DNA of 64,000 nucleotides from Macrostomum hystrix (GCA_950097015.1 CATNEN010000009.1:186001-250000), one strand, 5' to 3'; shown: positions 38,301-50,970, counted from the first letter of the stretch. Made by a program: numbers and translations. Notes: generated by a model not told the origin, from the letters alone.

Positions 38301-41300
38301 CTCCTAAGTCAGCTGGTATTGAAACGGCAGTCACATCAGAGGCTGCTGCTGCAGCAGTTGATGAAGAAGCATCTGCTGACGACGGTCTGCTTCCGTCTGT
38401 TGGGCCACCACAGATTCTACAGGTAAGATTGTTGAGCAGTCGATGCAACCGGGCTGATTATTCTAACAAAACTAATTGTTAACTAACTTGAGAGAAAATT
38501 TTGAGTGCATTGCGTGTCTGTGACTTAGCTGCACGAGCGGATGTAGCGAGGCGGCGGAGGTGACCGCCCATTTCGGTAGCCCCTGGCAACCTAGGCTGCA
38601 AAGAAGTGGGGCTTCCTGTAGAAACAGGCAGGGGAGGCCGCTCAGCGCTTTCCGAAACTGGGTATTGGGCCTTCCAGAAAGACAAAACAAAATATAAACC
38701 GTTGAGGAAGGTCTTTGCGATCGGAAATGCATACTCTGTTGAGGTCAAAGGGTGGCACCTTGTACTCAGAGCCCTAGCCAGAAGCACATTATCACGGACA
38801 GTTACGCCTCGCTGCGGACTAGCCGCATACTCTGTTGAGGTCAAAGGGTGGCACCTTGTACTCAGAGCCCTAGCCAGAAGCACATTATCACGGACAGTTA
38901 CGCCTCGCTGCGGACTAGCCGCATACCCTGTTGAGGTCAAAGGGTGGCACCTTGTACTCAGAGCCCTAGCCAGAAGCACATTATCACGGACAGTTACGCC
39001 TCGCTGCGGACTAGCCGCATACTCTGTTGAGGTCAAAGGGTGGCACCTTGTACTCAGAGCCCTAGCCAGAAGCACATTATCACGGACAGTTACGCCTCGC
39101 TGCGGACTAGCCGCATACCCTGTTGAGGTCAAAGGGTGGCACCTTGTCCTCAGAGCCCTAGCCAGAAGCACCTTATCACGGACAGTTACGCCTCGCTGCG
39201 GACTAGCCGCATACTCTGTTGAGGTCAAAGGGTGCACCTTGTCCTCAGAGCCCTAGCCAGAAGCACATTATCACGGACAGTTACGCCTCGCTGCGGACTA
39301 GCCGCATACCCTGTTGAGGTCAAAGGGTGCACCTTGTCCTCAGAGCCCTAGCCAGAAGCACATTATCACGGACAGTTACGCCTCGCTGCAGACTAGCCGC
39401 ATACCCTGTTGAGGTCAAAGGGTGGCACCTTGTCCTCAGAGCCCTAGCCAGAAGCACATTATCACGGACAGTTACGCCTCGCTGCGGACTAGCCGCATAC
39501 CCTGTTGAGGTCAAAGGGTGGCACCTTGTCCTCAGAGCCCTAGCCAGAAGCACCTTATCACGGACAGTTACGCCTCGCTGCGGACTAGCCGCATACTCTG
39601 TTGAGGTCAAAGGGTGCACCTTGTCCTCAGAGCCCTAGCCAGAAGCACATTATCACGGACAGTTACGCCTCGCTGCAGACTAGCCGCATACCCTGTTGAG
39701 GTCAAAGGGTGGAATCTTGCATGGCGGAAGGTCGAAGGTATAATTTTTTACTAGTTAACTACAGCATTCTTAAACTCATTTTCTGGTACGAATACTTTAG
39801 ATCCAATAATTGCGAGCAATCCTATGCTAACTTGCCCTTCGTATTTCTTACTTTAATCTACCTACAGCTCACAGCTCCAGTGAATTGCAGTTCTAATCCA
39901 CACGTTTACATCTAACCAAGAAGCTCTCACCAATAACTTTTCAGGGAGTAAGTGCTCAAACAAGCCTGTAAAGTAACACCTTAGCAGGGCGAGCAAAATT
40001 CAGTTTTTGACGTCTCTTGAAAAATTGGCCTACATTTAGATTTTCTTCTAAATTTAATTTTTTTTTAAATATCTGCTTTTGAGTTTCTGTTTATTTCATT
40101 GCAATCTCCTGATTTCCTAAACTGAAAACTTACCCCTTGCAGTGCTTGCAACTGAGCTGAGTATAGAGATCTTGCGAATCTTCTTCTCTTGTACGAGTAC
40201 CACGCGAATACCCTATTAGTGTGGCGTATTGTCTGTCTGCACAAATAAGTTTCGCGAACAGTATGTAGCACAAATGCTTTAATGCTTCTTTATTTCAGCT
40301 TCCCATGGCGGGGAACGCGAAACAATTTTGGACAAAAATTGATGGTCATTGACTGGCTGCTAGAGACTGTCATTCATGAACCATTGACTAATTTCGGTTT
40401 TCCAGTACTATTGTTCCATTGTTCTATTGTTTGTGAACATTGGCTTGGCACCCAATTTATGAGCAAGGACTACTAGAGTAGCAGTTAAAAAACTAACTGA
40501 AAGTGGTCCTTGCAAATGTTTTGATGTTTGATTTATAGCCACAGATTCTCAGCGATGCCTTTAACAGTAGAAATAGCACGGAGGTATTTCAAATACCCAC
40601 TGCCTACTTCACTAATGGCCACGGATTCTCAGCGATGCCTTTAACAGTAGAAATAGCACGGAGGTATTTCAAATACCCACTGCCTACTTCACTAATGGCC
40701 ACGGATTCTCTGCGATGCCTTTAACAGTAGAAATAGCACGGAGGTATTTCAAATACCCACTGCCTACTTCACTAATGGCCACGGATTCTCAGCGATGCCT
40801 TTAACAGTAGAAATAGCACGGAGGTATTTCAAATACCCACTGCCTACTTCACTAATGGCCACAGATTCTCAGCGATGCCTTTAACAGTAGAAATAGCACG
40901 GAGGTATTTCAAATACCCACTGCCTACTTCACTAATGGCCACGGATTCTCAGCGATGCCTTTAACAGTAGAAATAGCACGGAGGTATTTCAAATACCCAC
41001 TGCCTACTTCACTAATGGCCACAGATTCTCAGCGATGCCTTTAACAGTAGAAATAGCACGGAGGTATTTCAAATACCCACTGCCTACTTCACTAATGGCC
41101 ACGGATTCTCAGCGATGCCTTTAACAGTAGAAATAGCACGGAGGTATTTCAAATACCCACTGCCTACTTCACTAATGGCCACGGATTCTCAGCGATGCCT
41201 TTAACAGTAGAAATAGCACGGAGGTATTTCAAATACCCACTGCCTACTTAACTAATGGCCACGGATTCTCAGCGATGCCTTTAACAGTAGAAATAGCACG

Positions 41301-44300
41301 GAGGTATTTCAAATACCCACTGCCTACTTCACTAATGGCCACAGATTCTCAGCGATGCCTTTAACAGTAGAAATAGCACGGAGGTATTTCAAATACCCAC
41401 TGCCTACTTCACTAATAGCCACGGATTCTCTGCGATGCCTTTAACAGTAGAAATAGCACGGAGGTATTTCAAATACCCACTGCCTACTTCACTAATGGCC
41501 ACGGATTCTCAGCGATGCCTTTAACAGTAGAAATAGCACGGAGGTATTTCAAATACCCACTGCCTACTTCACTAATGGCCACAGATTCTCAGCGATGCCT
41601 TTAACAGTAGAAATAGCACGGAGGTATTTCAAATACCCACTGCCTACTTAACTAATGGCCACGGATTCTCAGCGATGCCTTTAACAGTAGAAATAGCACG
41701 GAGGTATTTCAAATACCCACTGCCTACTTAACTAATGGCCACGGATTCTCAGCGATGCCTTTAACAGTAGAAATAGCACGGAGGTATTTCAAATACCCAC
41801 TGCCTACTTAACTAATGGCCACGGATTCTCAGCGATGCCTTTAACAGTAGAAATAGCACGGAGGTATTTCAAATACCCACTGCCTACTTCACTAACTTTT
41901 AATGCCATCCGACGTCAACATCTTCGAGATATTCAGTGATTCTTGTAGAAGACCCTGGTGACAAGGACAACCAACATTGCCCTGTTTGAAACTCCGGTGA
42001 ATCTACGAGTATTTTGGTATATTAGTAGTATATTACGGCTCCTAGAATAGTGGTTCAATAATATAAAAGGTTAACAATATAAGCAATACAGAATAATCAA
42101 CAAAAATAGGCGACATGGTTACATTATGAAGTTTTGTAGCAGAAATTATTTCTTTATTGGCGGTTTTTGCCATCACACATCCCGACGAGAATCGTTGAAT
42201 ATCTTGACGATGCCGATGTTTGTGATTATGGAATTTTTTTCATTAGATGTTTCGCATTTTCATGGTGAGTTTTTATATTTTGTGAGATACAAAAATTGAA
42301 AACTGTGGCTATTTGAAATGCCCCTGTACGTGGTCTCTCCAGTGTAAAAGCGCGGAATGCTTCAGTGATAGACATTGTTTATCAGCGGTAGACATTGTTT
42401 ATCAGCGGTAGACATTGTTTATCAGTGGTCGACATTGTTTATCAGCGGTAGACATTGTTTATCAGTGGTCGACATTGTTTATCAGTGGTAGACATTGTTT
42501 ATCAGTGGTAGACATTGTTTATCAGTGGTAGACATTGTTTATCAGTGGTAGACATTGTTTATCAGTGGCTGCTAGTGAATGCTAGTGCTTCAGTGGTAAG
42601 AATTTATGTATTAAGATTGGTTCTGAATGACAGTGAATGCGATACTCATTCCACAGACATCCAATGAGAGATTTTCGAGGCAGTGTGTTGTCAGTGACAG
42701 TCAATGGGTGGAAGAGAAAGTCTTCAAAATCGGTCGTGAGCATGAATGTCCTTATTCGGTATCCATATGGTATTAGTCATTTGTCCTATTGGAGCATCAT
42801 TCGTTAATTTAATTCACCCATGAGCTCACCAGAATATTTCTCTAATGTTTTCTTCTTGCCTTTATTATATTGCTTACCTCAGTTTAGGCATTGTAGCCCG
42901 AGACTCAATTATTCACTACCAGCAATGGTCTCGTTATTGAAGAGCACTACTATTACTGGACATGATTGCGGATCTTAAATGAATTTAATTTAACATTACA
43001 TTATCTTATAAACTCAGACTTGCTATCTGCTCCTTCGAATATTTGCTTTGTTGTTATCCTTGTTTTAATCCTTTTTAATGAAAAAGCCGCATATGGATAC
43101 TGCTTGTTTAATCATCTCACGCATGCACCTTTCGCACACGCGGCACACAAACGGTGTCTGATTCACACTCCTGGATGTACTTGTGTGTGCTTAGAAAGAA
43201 AATCTACATCAAAGCGAGGCAGACTTTAGTGAGTGTGAGAAAACAAATTCCGTTTTAATCCCTGAATCGACAGTACCTGCGTGAGTCGCAGATCCCAGTG
43301 GAGGAGGCCTTCCCCGGATTGAGTCTGGACCTCGCCTCCGTCAGCATGCGAGAGGGCGACAGCTGCGACTTCTGCGGCCGGCCCATTCAGGCACTGCCCA
43401 GCCGAGAGGATCAGGCAAGTCGCAGTCCGGAGCAGTTGTATTGCTGCGCTGAGTTCCGCAAACTGCTGGAGTTCGCTCTGCAGTATCAGGTGAGCCTCTG
43501 CTGTGCGACTACACAGCGACTAGGTCGTATACAGCTAGTGAATTCCCACACAACCCACAGGCCAAATTAATGCGACAGCGCCAACAAGCAGAGTCGGGTC
43601 TCATCGACGTCGCCCCTCACCCGCACTTCGGCTCAAGGGGCAAGAAGTCCGCACAGGAGCGGGAGCGGATGAGGGAGGAGGCAGAAAAGAGGTTTGGGAT
43701 AAATCTGTTCTTGTGCTGTAGCAGCTGCAAGTATTGAAGTAGCAGAAGAGATGCTAGCTCATCAGATCGATTTATCAGAATATCACTCAAACTCCCGATT
43801 TCCTCAGACGCAAACTGCTCCAGCAGGAGAGGCAGCGCAGAGCTGCTGAAGCTGCTCAGGCCACAGCTCAAGGTAAGAAACTAATTTAATTTTTCGCTCT
43901 CGGAACTTTTTGCAGTACTCTATGAGTACTTTAAACTGTACTTACAAGACTTAAAATCAGTACTATGATAAAAAATGAGAGCGTTTTTATTCCTAAATTA
44001 ATTTGGGGTCTACATCTCTCTTATATCCTGCGTACTTAAAGCAGAAGGTCGAAACAGAGAGAAGCAGAAAGCTCCAGTGTCTCAAAAGTACGGTGCTTTT
44101 GAGGCGATAAGTGCAGCTCAGAGGCAGCCTTCTTCAGCTTCCACACCCCGTTCCTCAAATGGTATTTGCTCGCGCATTTTGGGACAATTATGTGCAGCTC
44201 AGAGGCAGCCTTCTGTAGCTTCCACACCCCGTTCCTCAAATGGTATTTGCTCGCGCATTTTGGGACAATTATGTGCAGCTCAGAGGCAGCCTTCTGCAGC

Positions 44301-47300
44301 TTCCACACCCCGTTCCTCAAATGGTATTTGCTCGCGCATTTTGGGACAATTATGTGCAGCTCAGAGGCAGCCTTCTGCAGCTTCCACACCCCGTTCCTCA
44401 AATGGTATTTGCTCGCGCATTTTGGGACAATTATGTGCAGCTCAGAGGCAGCCTTCTGCAGCTTTTACACCCCGTTCCTCAAATGGTATTTGCTCGCGCA
44501 TTTTGGGACAATTATGTGCAGCTCAGAGGCAGCCTTCTGCAGCTTTTACACCCCGTTCCTCAAATGGTATTTGCTCGCGCATTTTGGGACAATTATGTGC
44601 AGCTCAGAGGCAGCCTTCTGCAGCTTCCACACCCCGTTCCTCAAATGGTATTTGCTCGCGCATTTTGGGACAATTATGTGCAGCTCAGAGGCAGCCTTCT
44701 GTAGCTTCCACACCCCGTTCCTCAAATGGTATTAGCTCGCGCATTTTGGGACAATTATGTGCAGCTCAGAGGCAGCCTTCTGCAGCTTCCACACCCCGTT
44801 CCTCAAATGGTATTTGCTCGCGCATTTTAGGACAATTATGTGCAGCTCAGAGGCAGCCTTCTGTAGCTTCCACACCCCGTTCCTCAAATGGTATTTGCTC
44901 GCGCATTTTAGGACAATTATGTGCAGCTCAGAGGCAGCCTTCTGTAGCTTCCACACCCCGTTCCTCAAATGGTATTTGCTCGCGCATTTTAGGACAATTA
45001 TGTGCAGCTCAGAGGCAGCCTTCTGTAGCTTCCACACCCCGTTCCTCAAATGGTATTTGCTCGCGTATTTTGGGACAAACATTTTGGGTCAGTGGTTGTA
45101 GCCGAACAACCACTGACCAATGGACAAAGCGCATGATATTAATAAGAGCTTATTATCATTATGGGAACCAGCTTTTTCAGATTATATTTCTACCACTTTG
45201 CTCTGTTCCCGACTGTAACTACAGTCGTAATTCCGTGATTGTGGAAATGAAACGGATAGTTATACATTGCTTTTGTATTTCGTGCTACTAAAGGAGACTT
45301 TTCTTCGGCAAAGATGCGTCAAAACCTCGATGCCCTCTCCGCCGCAGTCATCAGCAATCGTGAGTTGCTTTAATTGATTCATGGAGCACCATTGCATTTT
45401 GCCAGATCTGCACCGAGCCTATCTTTGATGTTGTACGAGCTTTTTTATTTATTGTCACAGCTACTTATATTAGTTTACTGCAACTGCTAGCGCTGGGACG
45501 CTCTTGCTTTCTGTCTTATTAGAAGCAGGTTCTTATTGCATGTAGTATCTACTTCTACATCTGACACAGAACTGCATATGGATCTGCACTTTCATTCAGC
45601 ATGCAAGCACATAAACAAGTTGCATATCTACTTCTACATCTGACACAGAACTGCATATGGATGTGCACTTTCATTCAGCATGCAAGCACATAAACAAGTT
45701 GCATGTCTACTTCTAAATCTGACACAGAACTGCATATGGATGTGCACTTTCATTCAGCATGCAAGCACATAAACAAGTTGCATGTCTACTTCTAAATCTG
45801 ACACAGAACTGCATATGGATGTGCACTTTCATTCAGCATGCAAGCGCATAAACAAGTTGCATGTCTACTTCTAAATCTGACACAGAACTGCATATGGATG
45901 TGCACTTTCATTCAGCATGCAAGCGCATAAACAAGTTGCATGTCTACTTCTACATCTGACACAGAACTGCATATGGATGTGCACTTTCATTCAGCATGCA
46001 AGTACATAAACAAGTTGCATATCTACTTCTAAATCTGACACAGAACTGCATATGGATGTTCACTTTCATTCAGCATGCAAGCACATAAACAAGTTGCATG
46101 TCTACTTCTACATCAGACACAGAACTGCATATGGATGTGCACTTTCATTCAGCATGCAAGCACATAAATCAAGTTGCATGTTTACTGACCTTTGTTTATC
46201 TTGCATGAGCATATCACATAGTCAAATGAGTCGCAGCTTTATGTGCTAAATATGTGCCTGTCCGTAAACTCAGGATTTTTAACCATCAAAAACGCATCGT
46301 AAAGTGCATTCGGACCTAGACATGTACCCATACCAAGCTTATAAACTCGATGTGTTTATCCCATAAGCATCCAGATTTAAATTCACTTAAATATTGTGAT
46401 TTCCGTTTTTACTAACAGCCAGGAAACGCGAGCAAGTCTCCGTGGAAACCGATAGTAAGGCTTGTTCTGCTTTAGTCTCTGTTCTGCTGTGTCAAAAGAG
46501 CCTATGATTTGATCTGACCTAATCTGACCTGCGCCTAACTCTTGGCTGTTCTGCTGTGTCAAAAGAGTTTATGATTTGATCTGACCTTATCTGACCTGCG
46601 CCTAACTCTTGGCTGTTCTGCTGTGTCAAAAGAGTTTATGATTTGATCTGACCTTATCTGACCTGCGCCTAACTCTTGGCTGTTCTGCTGTGTCAAAAGA
46701 GTTTATGATTTGATCTGACCTTATCTGACCTGCGCCTAACTCTTGGCTGTTCTGCTGTGTCAAAAGAGTTTATGATTTGATCTGACCTAATCTGACCTGC
46801 GCCTAACTCTTGGCTGTTCTGCTGTGTCAAAAGAGTTTATGATTTGATCTGACCTTATCTGACCTGCGCCTAACTCTTGGCTGTTCTGCTGTGTCAAAAG
46901 AGTTTATGATTTGATCTGACCTAATCTGACCTGCGCCTAACTCTTGGCTGTTCTGCTGTGTCAAAAGAGTTTATGATTTGATCTGACCTTATCTGACCTG
47001 CGCCTAACTCTTGGCTGTTCTGCTGTGTCAAAAGAGTTTATGATTTGATCTGACCTTATCTGACCTGCGCCTAACTCTTGGCTGTTCTGCTGTGTCAAAA
47101 GAGTTTATGATTTGATCTGACCTTATCTGACCTGCGCCTAACTCTTGGCTGTTCTGCTGTGTCAAAAGAGTTTATGATTTGATCTGACCTAATCTGACCT
47201 GCGCCTAACTCTTCGCGTGTTGGTTTGCTTTCTTCGTGGCCTTCAACTTCAATAAAAAATAATTGATTTCGAAATTCGTACTTTTCTTATATTACGAACG

Positions 47301-50300
47301 ACGCACTGGTAGAAGTTATCATTAGGTCAGAATGCTTATTATCGGTTAAAAATCGTTCCTGCATAATGAGTTTTTATATCCCTAAATATTAGATCCCAGT
47401 TAGCTCTGATTATCCAAGCTAACCTAAATCAATTAAGAGTCAGCAAATAGTCAGTCTATATGACAGGGGGTAAGTTAACGACATAAAAGTGCTGGCCGAG
47501 TTAATGCCAGATGAGACAAACAGGTGACAAGTTATCACCAGCAGCCTAGTTTCTCCGACAGCTAACAAAATCTGAGTTCTATCCGCCATGCGTTTCTTCC
47601 AGCGGTCTTTAAACCCCTTGCGCTCTCTCACGCCCTGTGACATTGTAGAACAGCCTGCAGCTTTTTTTGAAACCGAAGCAGTCGGTAAGTCTGTCAGCTG
47701 AAAGCAGCAAGCAGTTCTGAGAACTCGGCTGCTGAACCAACAACGTTCTTTTTGTTTGCCGATTTTTAGCCTGACCTTTCCATCTCAAATTCGAAGCTCT
47801 GAAAATATTTTCCCTGTTACTTGATTTGCTCTTTTCTTTTGTCTCTCGAGCACTTTCGATTAAGTTTTAAGCACCAACGATCTTTTACGCAAAACATTGA
47901 ATAATGGAATGATGGTATGCCATATCATTCGGATGCTAATCATCGTTATGTTAAAAACCCGAGTGCACATTTGAAATTGCAGCTATTCTTTAGCTCTTTA
48001 ACTATACATCAGTTTACCTGGACAACCTACCGGAAAAATACTTATAGTTTTTTCGTTAAACGCTGACCGGTAAGCACTAAACATAAAATGTACCTGATAA
48101 AAGACCAACAAAATATGCTTTTCCAGTGGGACGCCAGATGCGCACCATCAACTACTCTCTGTCCTCGATGCGGTGCCTGGAAGAGGGTTGGACGCTGCGG
48201 CCTCCGAGCCCTCTCGGAGATGGTGCTGCAGACTGGCAGATCTACGACTTTGATCTCGACGAAATCACAGATCTGGCAGCCGGTCTAGGAATCACGCCGA
48301 GGGTGAGTTTACATCTGCATGCATGGGGGATGCTTAGTAGTCGGAGGGTCATTCCCATCGGAGTTGCTCGTACTATGAAAAAGATCGGTGTGAGCCACAG
48401 GGTCTTGCTATTGCTCCTGAAGGCGTGATAAGGCACTGTTTCTTCCTAAGCATATTCCTAACAACTAAGCGTATTCTTTCATTTTTACAGAATGCAAAAG
48501 CTTTCATAATCAGCATCGTGCCCATATCAACTAATGCTCTGTTTGTGCTCTGTTCAGCGCACTGATACACTGATACTCTCCTCTCCTCAGCACACTGATA
48601 CTCTCCTCTCCTCAGCACACTGATACTCTCCTCTCCTCAGCACACTGATACTCTCCTCTCCTCAGCACACTGATACTCTCCTCTCCTCAGCACACTGATA
48701 CTCTCCTCTCCTCAGCACACTGATACTCTCCTCTCCTCAGCACACTGATACTCTCCTCTCCTCAGCACACTGATACTCTCCTCTCCTCAACACACTGATA
48801 CTCTCCTCTCCTCAGCACACTGATACTCTCCTCTCCTCAGCACACTGATACTCTCCTCTCCTCAGCACACTGATACTCTCCTCTCCTCAGCACACTGATA
48901 CTCTCCTCTCCTCAGCACACTGATACTCTCCTCTCCTCAGCACACTGATACTCTCCTCTCCTCAGCACACTGATACTCTCCTCTCCTCAGCACATTGATA
49001 CTCTCCTCTCCTCAGCGCACTGATACTCTCCTCTCCTCAGCGCACTGATAATCTCTCTGTTAGAGGTAATCATAAATTTTAACCCCTTTTTCGTTTTGCA
49101 CAGGGCACTGCGGCTGATCACATAGAGAAGTTCTACCCAAACGGAAAGAAATTCGTGACTATGTTCGCGGATCGCACGGGGAACGTTTTCTACCCTTCTG
49201 GTCGGCTTGCTATCCTCGTCTCACGGCCCGAAGACCGGCCGCACAACCTGCTGCACATCGTTCTAGATGACAAACCTCCTGGCCGGGCTCGCCTTCTAGG
49301 AGTGTTCGACAACATTGGCAGAGGCACAGCCTACTTTAGAGACGGAAATATTCGGTGCGGACCTGGCCCTTCGCTGACATTACTTTGTAACCAGCTCACA
49401 CACTCTTGTGTTAGTGTTCGCTTCGCTGACTTGGTGTTCGTGGCAGATTCATTAAAGCTTTTACTGGAGCGAAACTACCGCAGCTATGCAGACTTCCCTG
49501 CAGGAGCTTTCCGCGCAGCGGGACTTCCCTGCAGAGAGATTTCCGCGCAGCGGGACTTCCCTGCAGAGAGATTTCCGCGCAGCGGGACTTCCCTGCAGAG
49601 AGATTTTTTCCGCACAGTGAGACTTCCTCCAAAGAGATTTCCGCGCCGCAAGACTTCCTGCAGAGAGATTTCCATGCAGGGCGATTTCCACGCAGAGAGC
49701 CATCCCTGCAGCGAGACTTATTGCAGCTCCAGAATTCGCTGGGGAAAAGCTCTTGTCGGAAAAAACTCTGCGAGAATGCCGCGCTCCGGGAAAAGGCCGC
49801 GGGTAGAACTCGGCGGAGAAAGTTCCCATGAGAAGTTTCGTGGACCCTTCTGAGAGCTACGGCGCGCTGTGCCTCTGCAACTCGGCCAATAAATCTTAAA
49901 TAATTGCTTGCTAAGCGCGTGCAGGCTTTCTCAATATTGTTTTTGCTGCGAGTATAGCTATGCAGGCTGAAGATTTAGCTATGGCAATCTCTCTGAAACC
50001 AATTGATAGCACAAACTGGTCGAATGGCCCAGTGTCACCAAATCCATTGGTTTTAAAATGGACTCTGAAATTATTTACCTATTTACTATCTTAGTATATG
50101 CAGATCCATGATAAAAATAAGTAACTGTCATAACTCGCTGCCTTCTACAGAATTAACTATGACCCATCGAGTGGCATTGATCTGGACCAGCAGGGCGGCA
50201 GGAAGCGCTACTGGCACTGGCATACAACGGGCCAACTTTTTGGACAGTCACCCCATGTTCATGCGCCCCCGTTCCAACCGATTTCACTAGCGCTGAACAA

Positions 50301-50970
50301 GACAGTGGGCCTGCGTCTAATGGCCAGGGACAGCATTTACCTGTCATTCGTCACCGCCAGCCGCAGCTGCAAGATTAACGTCGGCGCCCGATTCAAGGTG
50401 ACTTTCACGCCAGTTTTTTGTTTAAGTTTTTTACGTTTCGTTAATTAGTTTTTATTTATCATTCGTTCACGTAACAATAAACCTAACCTGGCGATTGGCC
50501 TTTTTGAAATTTAAAATGTGACACGAAAGGTTACCCCGGCCAGCTGATGTGGCTCACTGAAACCTTAGAGCCTTAAGGAAGTGTAAATTGCCTTGAAGAC
50601 CCTAACCCTAACCCTAACCCTAACCCTAAATCGCATTAGTAAAAACTAATGTTCTTACTTTTCGATCTAAGCATTATTGCCGAAGCTCAGATGAACATTA
50701 ATTAAATTTTATTATATCAACCCCGCCCCCCAGATGCACCAGGCCTTGGACCCGGGGGCAACGCTTTCACAGCCGCAGCTATCGCCGTTGGATCTTTACC
50801 TCTCAGAAGCTTTGACTCGAATCGGCTGCCTACTAGAGAAGTTGACACTGCTCAGCACACACCCACATCACCCGCGGCCCGACAAGGTGCCATCATCGCT
50901 GCACCTTGAGAGCAGGCGGCAGAGAAACCTAGCTAATAGAGCCAAGCTGGGTTTGGAGAGGGCCAAATAA
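34748..50970 (+). CDS. ERICH6: ERICH6/FAM194A-like protein, about 711 aa, 14 exons (34748-34946, 35689-35778, 37191-37408, 38255-38422, 43274-43489, 43561-43691, 43808-43872, 45294-45359, 46419-46454, 47649-47684, 48127-48302, 49104-49354, 50151-50397, 50734-50970)
   Basis: Colinear ERICH6 motifs recalled from the human protein: ATQTEWSW, LPSVGPPQILQ|Y, CDFCG...YCC, IDVAPH, RTINYSLS, EKFYPNGKKFVTMFADRTGNVFYPSGRLAI, WHW, FQPISLALNKTVGLR, INVG. Every junction is phase-compatible. The small exons 2, 8 and 9 are the least certain. Confidence 0.88.
36570..42002 (-). CDS. Possible nested antisense gene within ERICH6 introns (candidate exons 42002-41897, 40236-40134, about 38735-38530, about 36870-36792, about 36734-36570)
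   Basis: Strong minus-strand splice sites bound open, protein-like segments that chain in phase: IHRSFKQGNVGCPCHQ...DGIK|NRQYATLIGY...SCKHCKG and VLAKKFAKYVMQK...EMQK|SSTIHYVIVPTDD...YDDI*. The middle exon is ambiguous and no family was recognised. Confidence 0.35.
37484..38262 (+). repeat. 43-bp minisatellite, about 18 copies, ending in the ERICH6 exon-4 acceptor
   Basis: Unit acacttgtgcaacaggagacttccactcacacacagctttcag. The last copy supplies cacag|CTTTCAGACACAAATG. Confidence 0.96.
38727..39711. repeat. 96-bp minisatellite (some 93-bp units), about 10 copies
   Basis: Unit gcatactctgttgaggtcaaagggtggcaccttgtactcagagccctagcc...gactagcc. It produces the repetitive ORFs from 38479 to 39638. 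Confidence 0.96.
40530..41896. repeat. 80-bp minisatellite, about 17 near-identical copies
   Basis: ttaacagtagaaatagcacggagg recurs every 80 nt from 40561. Confidence 0.98.
42370..42570. repeat. 20-bp minisatellite, 10 copies (gacattgtttatcagtggta)
   Basis: Direct inspection, period 20. Confidence 0.95.
44110..45075 (+). repeat. 81-bp minisatellite, 12 copies, in an ERICH6 intron
   Basis: gtgcagctcagagg at 44111, 44192 and so on. The 404-aa ORF 44077-45291 is its translation. Confidence 0.97.
45548..46185. repeat. 79-bp minisatellite, about 8 copies
   Basis: acagaactgcatatgga at 45566, 45645, 45724 and so on. Confidence 0.96.
46478..47212. repeat. 67-bp minisatellite, about 11 copies, starting just after a donor site
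   Basis: gtcaaaagag at 46491, 46558, 46625 and so on. Confidence 0.96.
48566..49045 (+). repeat. 25-bp minisatellite, 19 copies (cacactgatactctcctctcctcag)
   Basis: Units end at 48590, 48615 ... 49040. Confidence 0.97.
49490..49720. repeat. Degenerate 32-bp repeat (gacttccctgcagagagatttccgcgcagcgg), 3 good and several decayed copies
   Basis: Lies in the intron after the FAM194-domain exon. It explains the non-homologous tail of ORF 49155-49853. Confidence 0.85.
50600..50629. repeat. Interstitial telomeric repeat (CCCTAA)5
   Basis: Five perfect units inside the last ERICH6 intron. Confidence 0.9.

Noticed and set aside
40282-40476. Integrase-like FGFP...GTQFMSKDY similarity
   Set aside because: Too short and lacks the DDE context, so it is likely chance.
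44050-44087. Extra ERICH6 exon EGRNREKQKAPVSQK
   Set aside because: It changes phase from 1 to 2, which breaks the frame of the conserved downstream exons.
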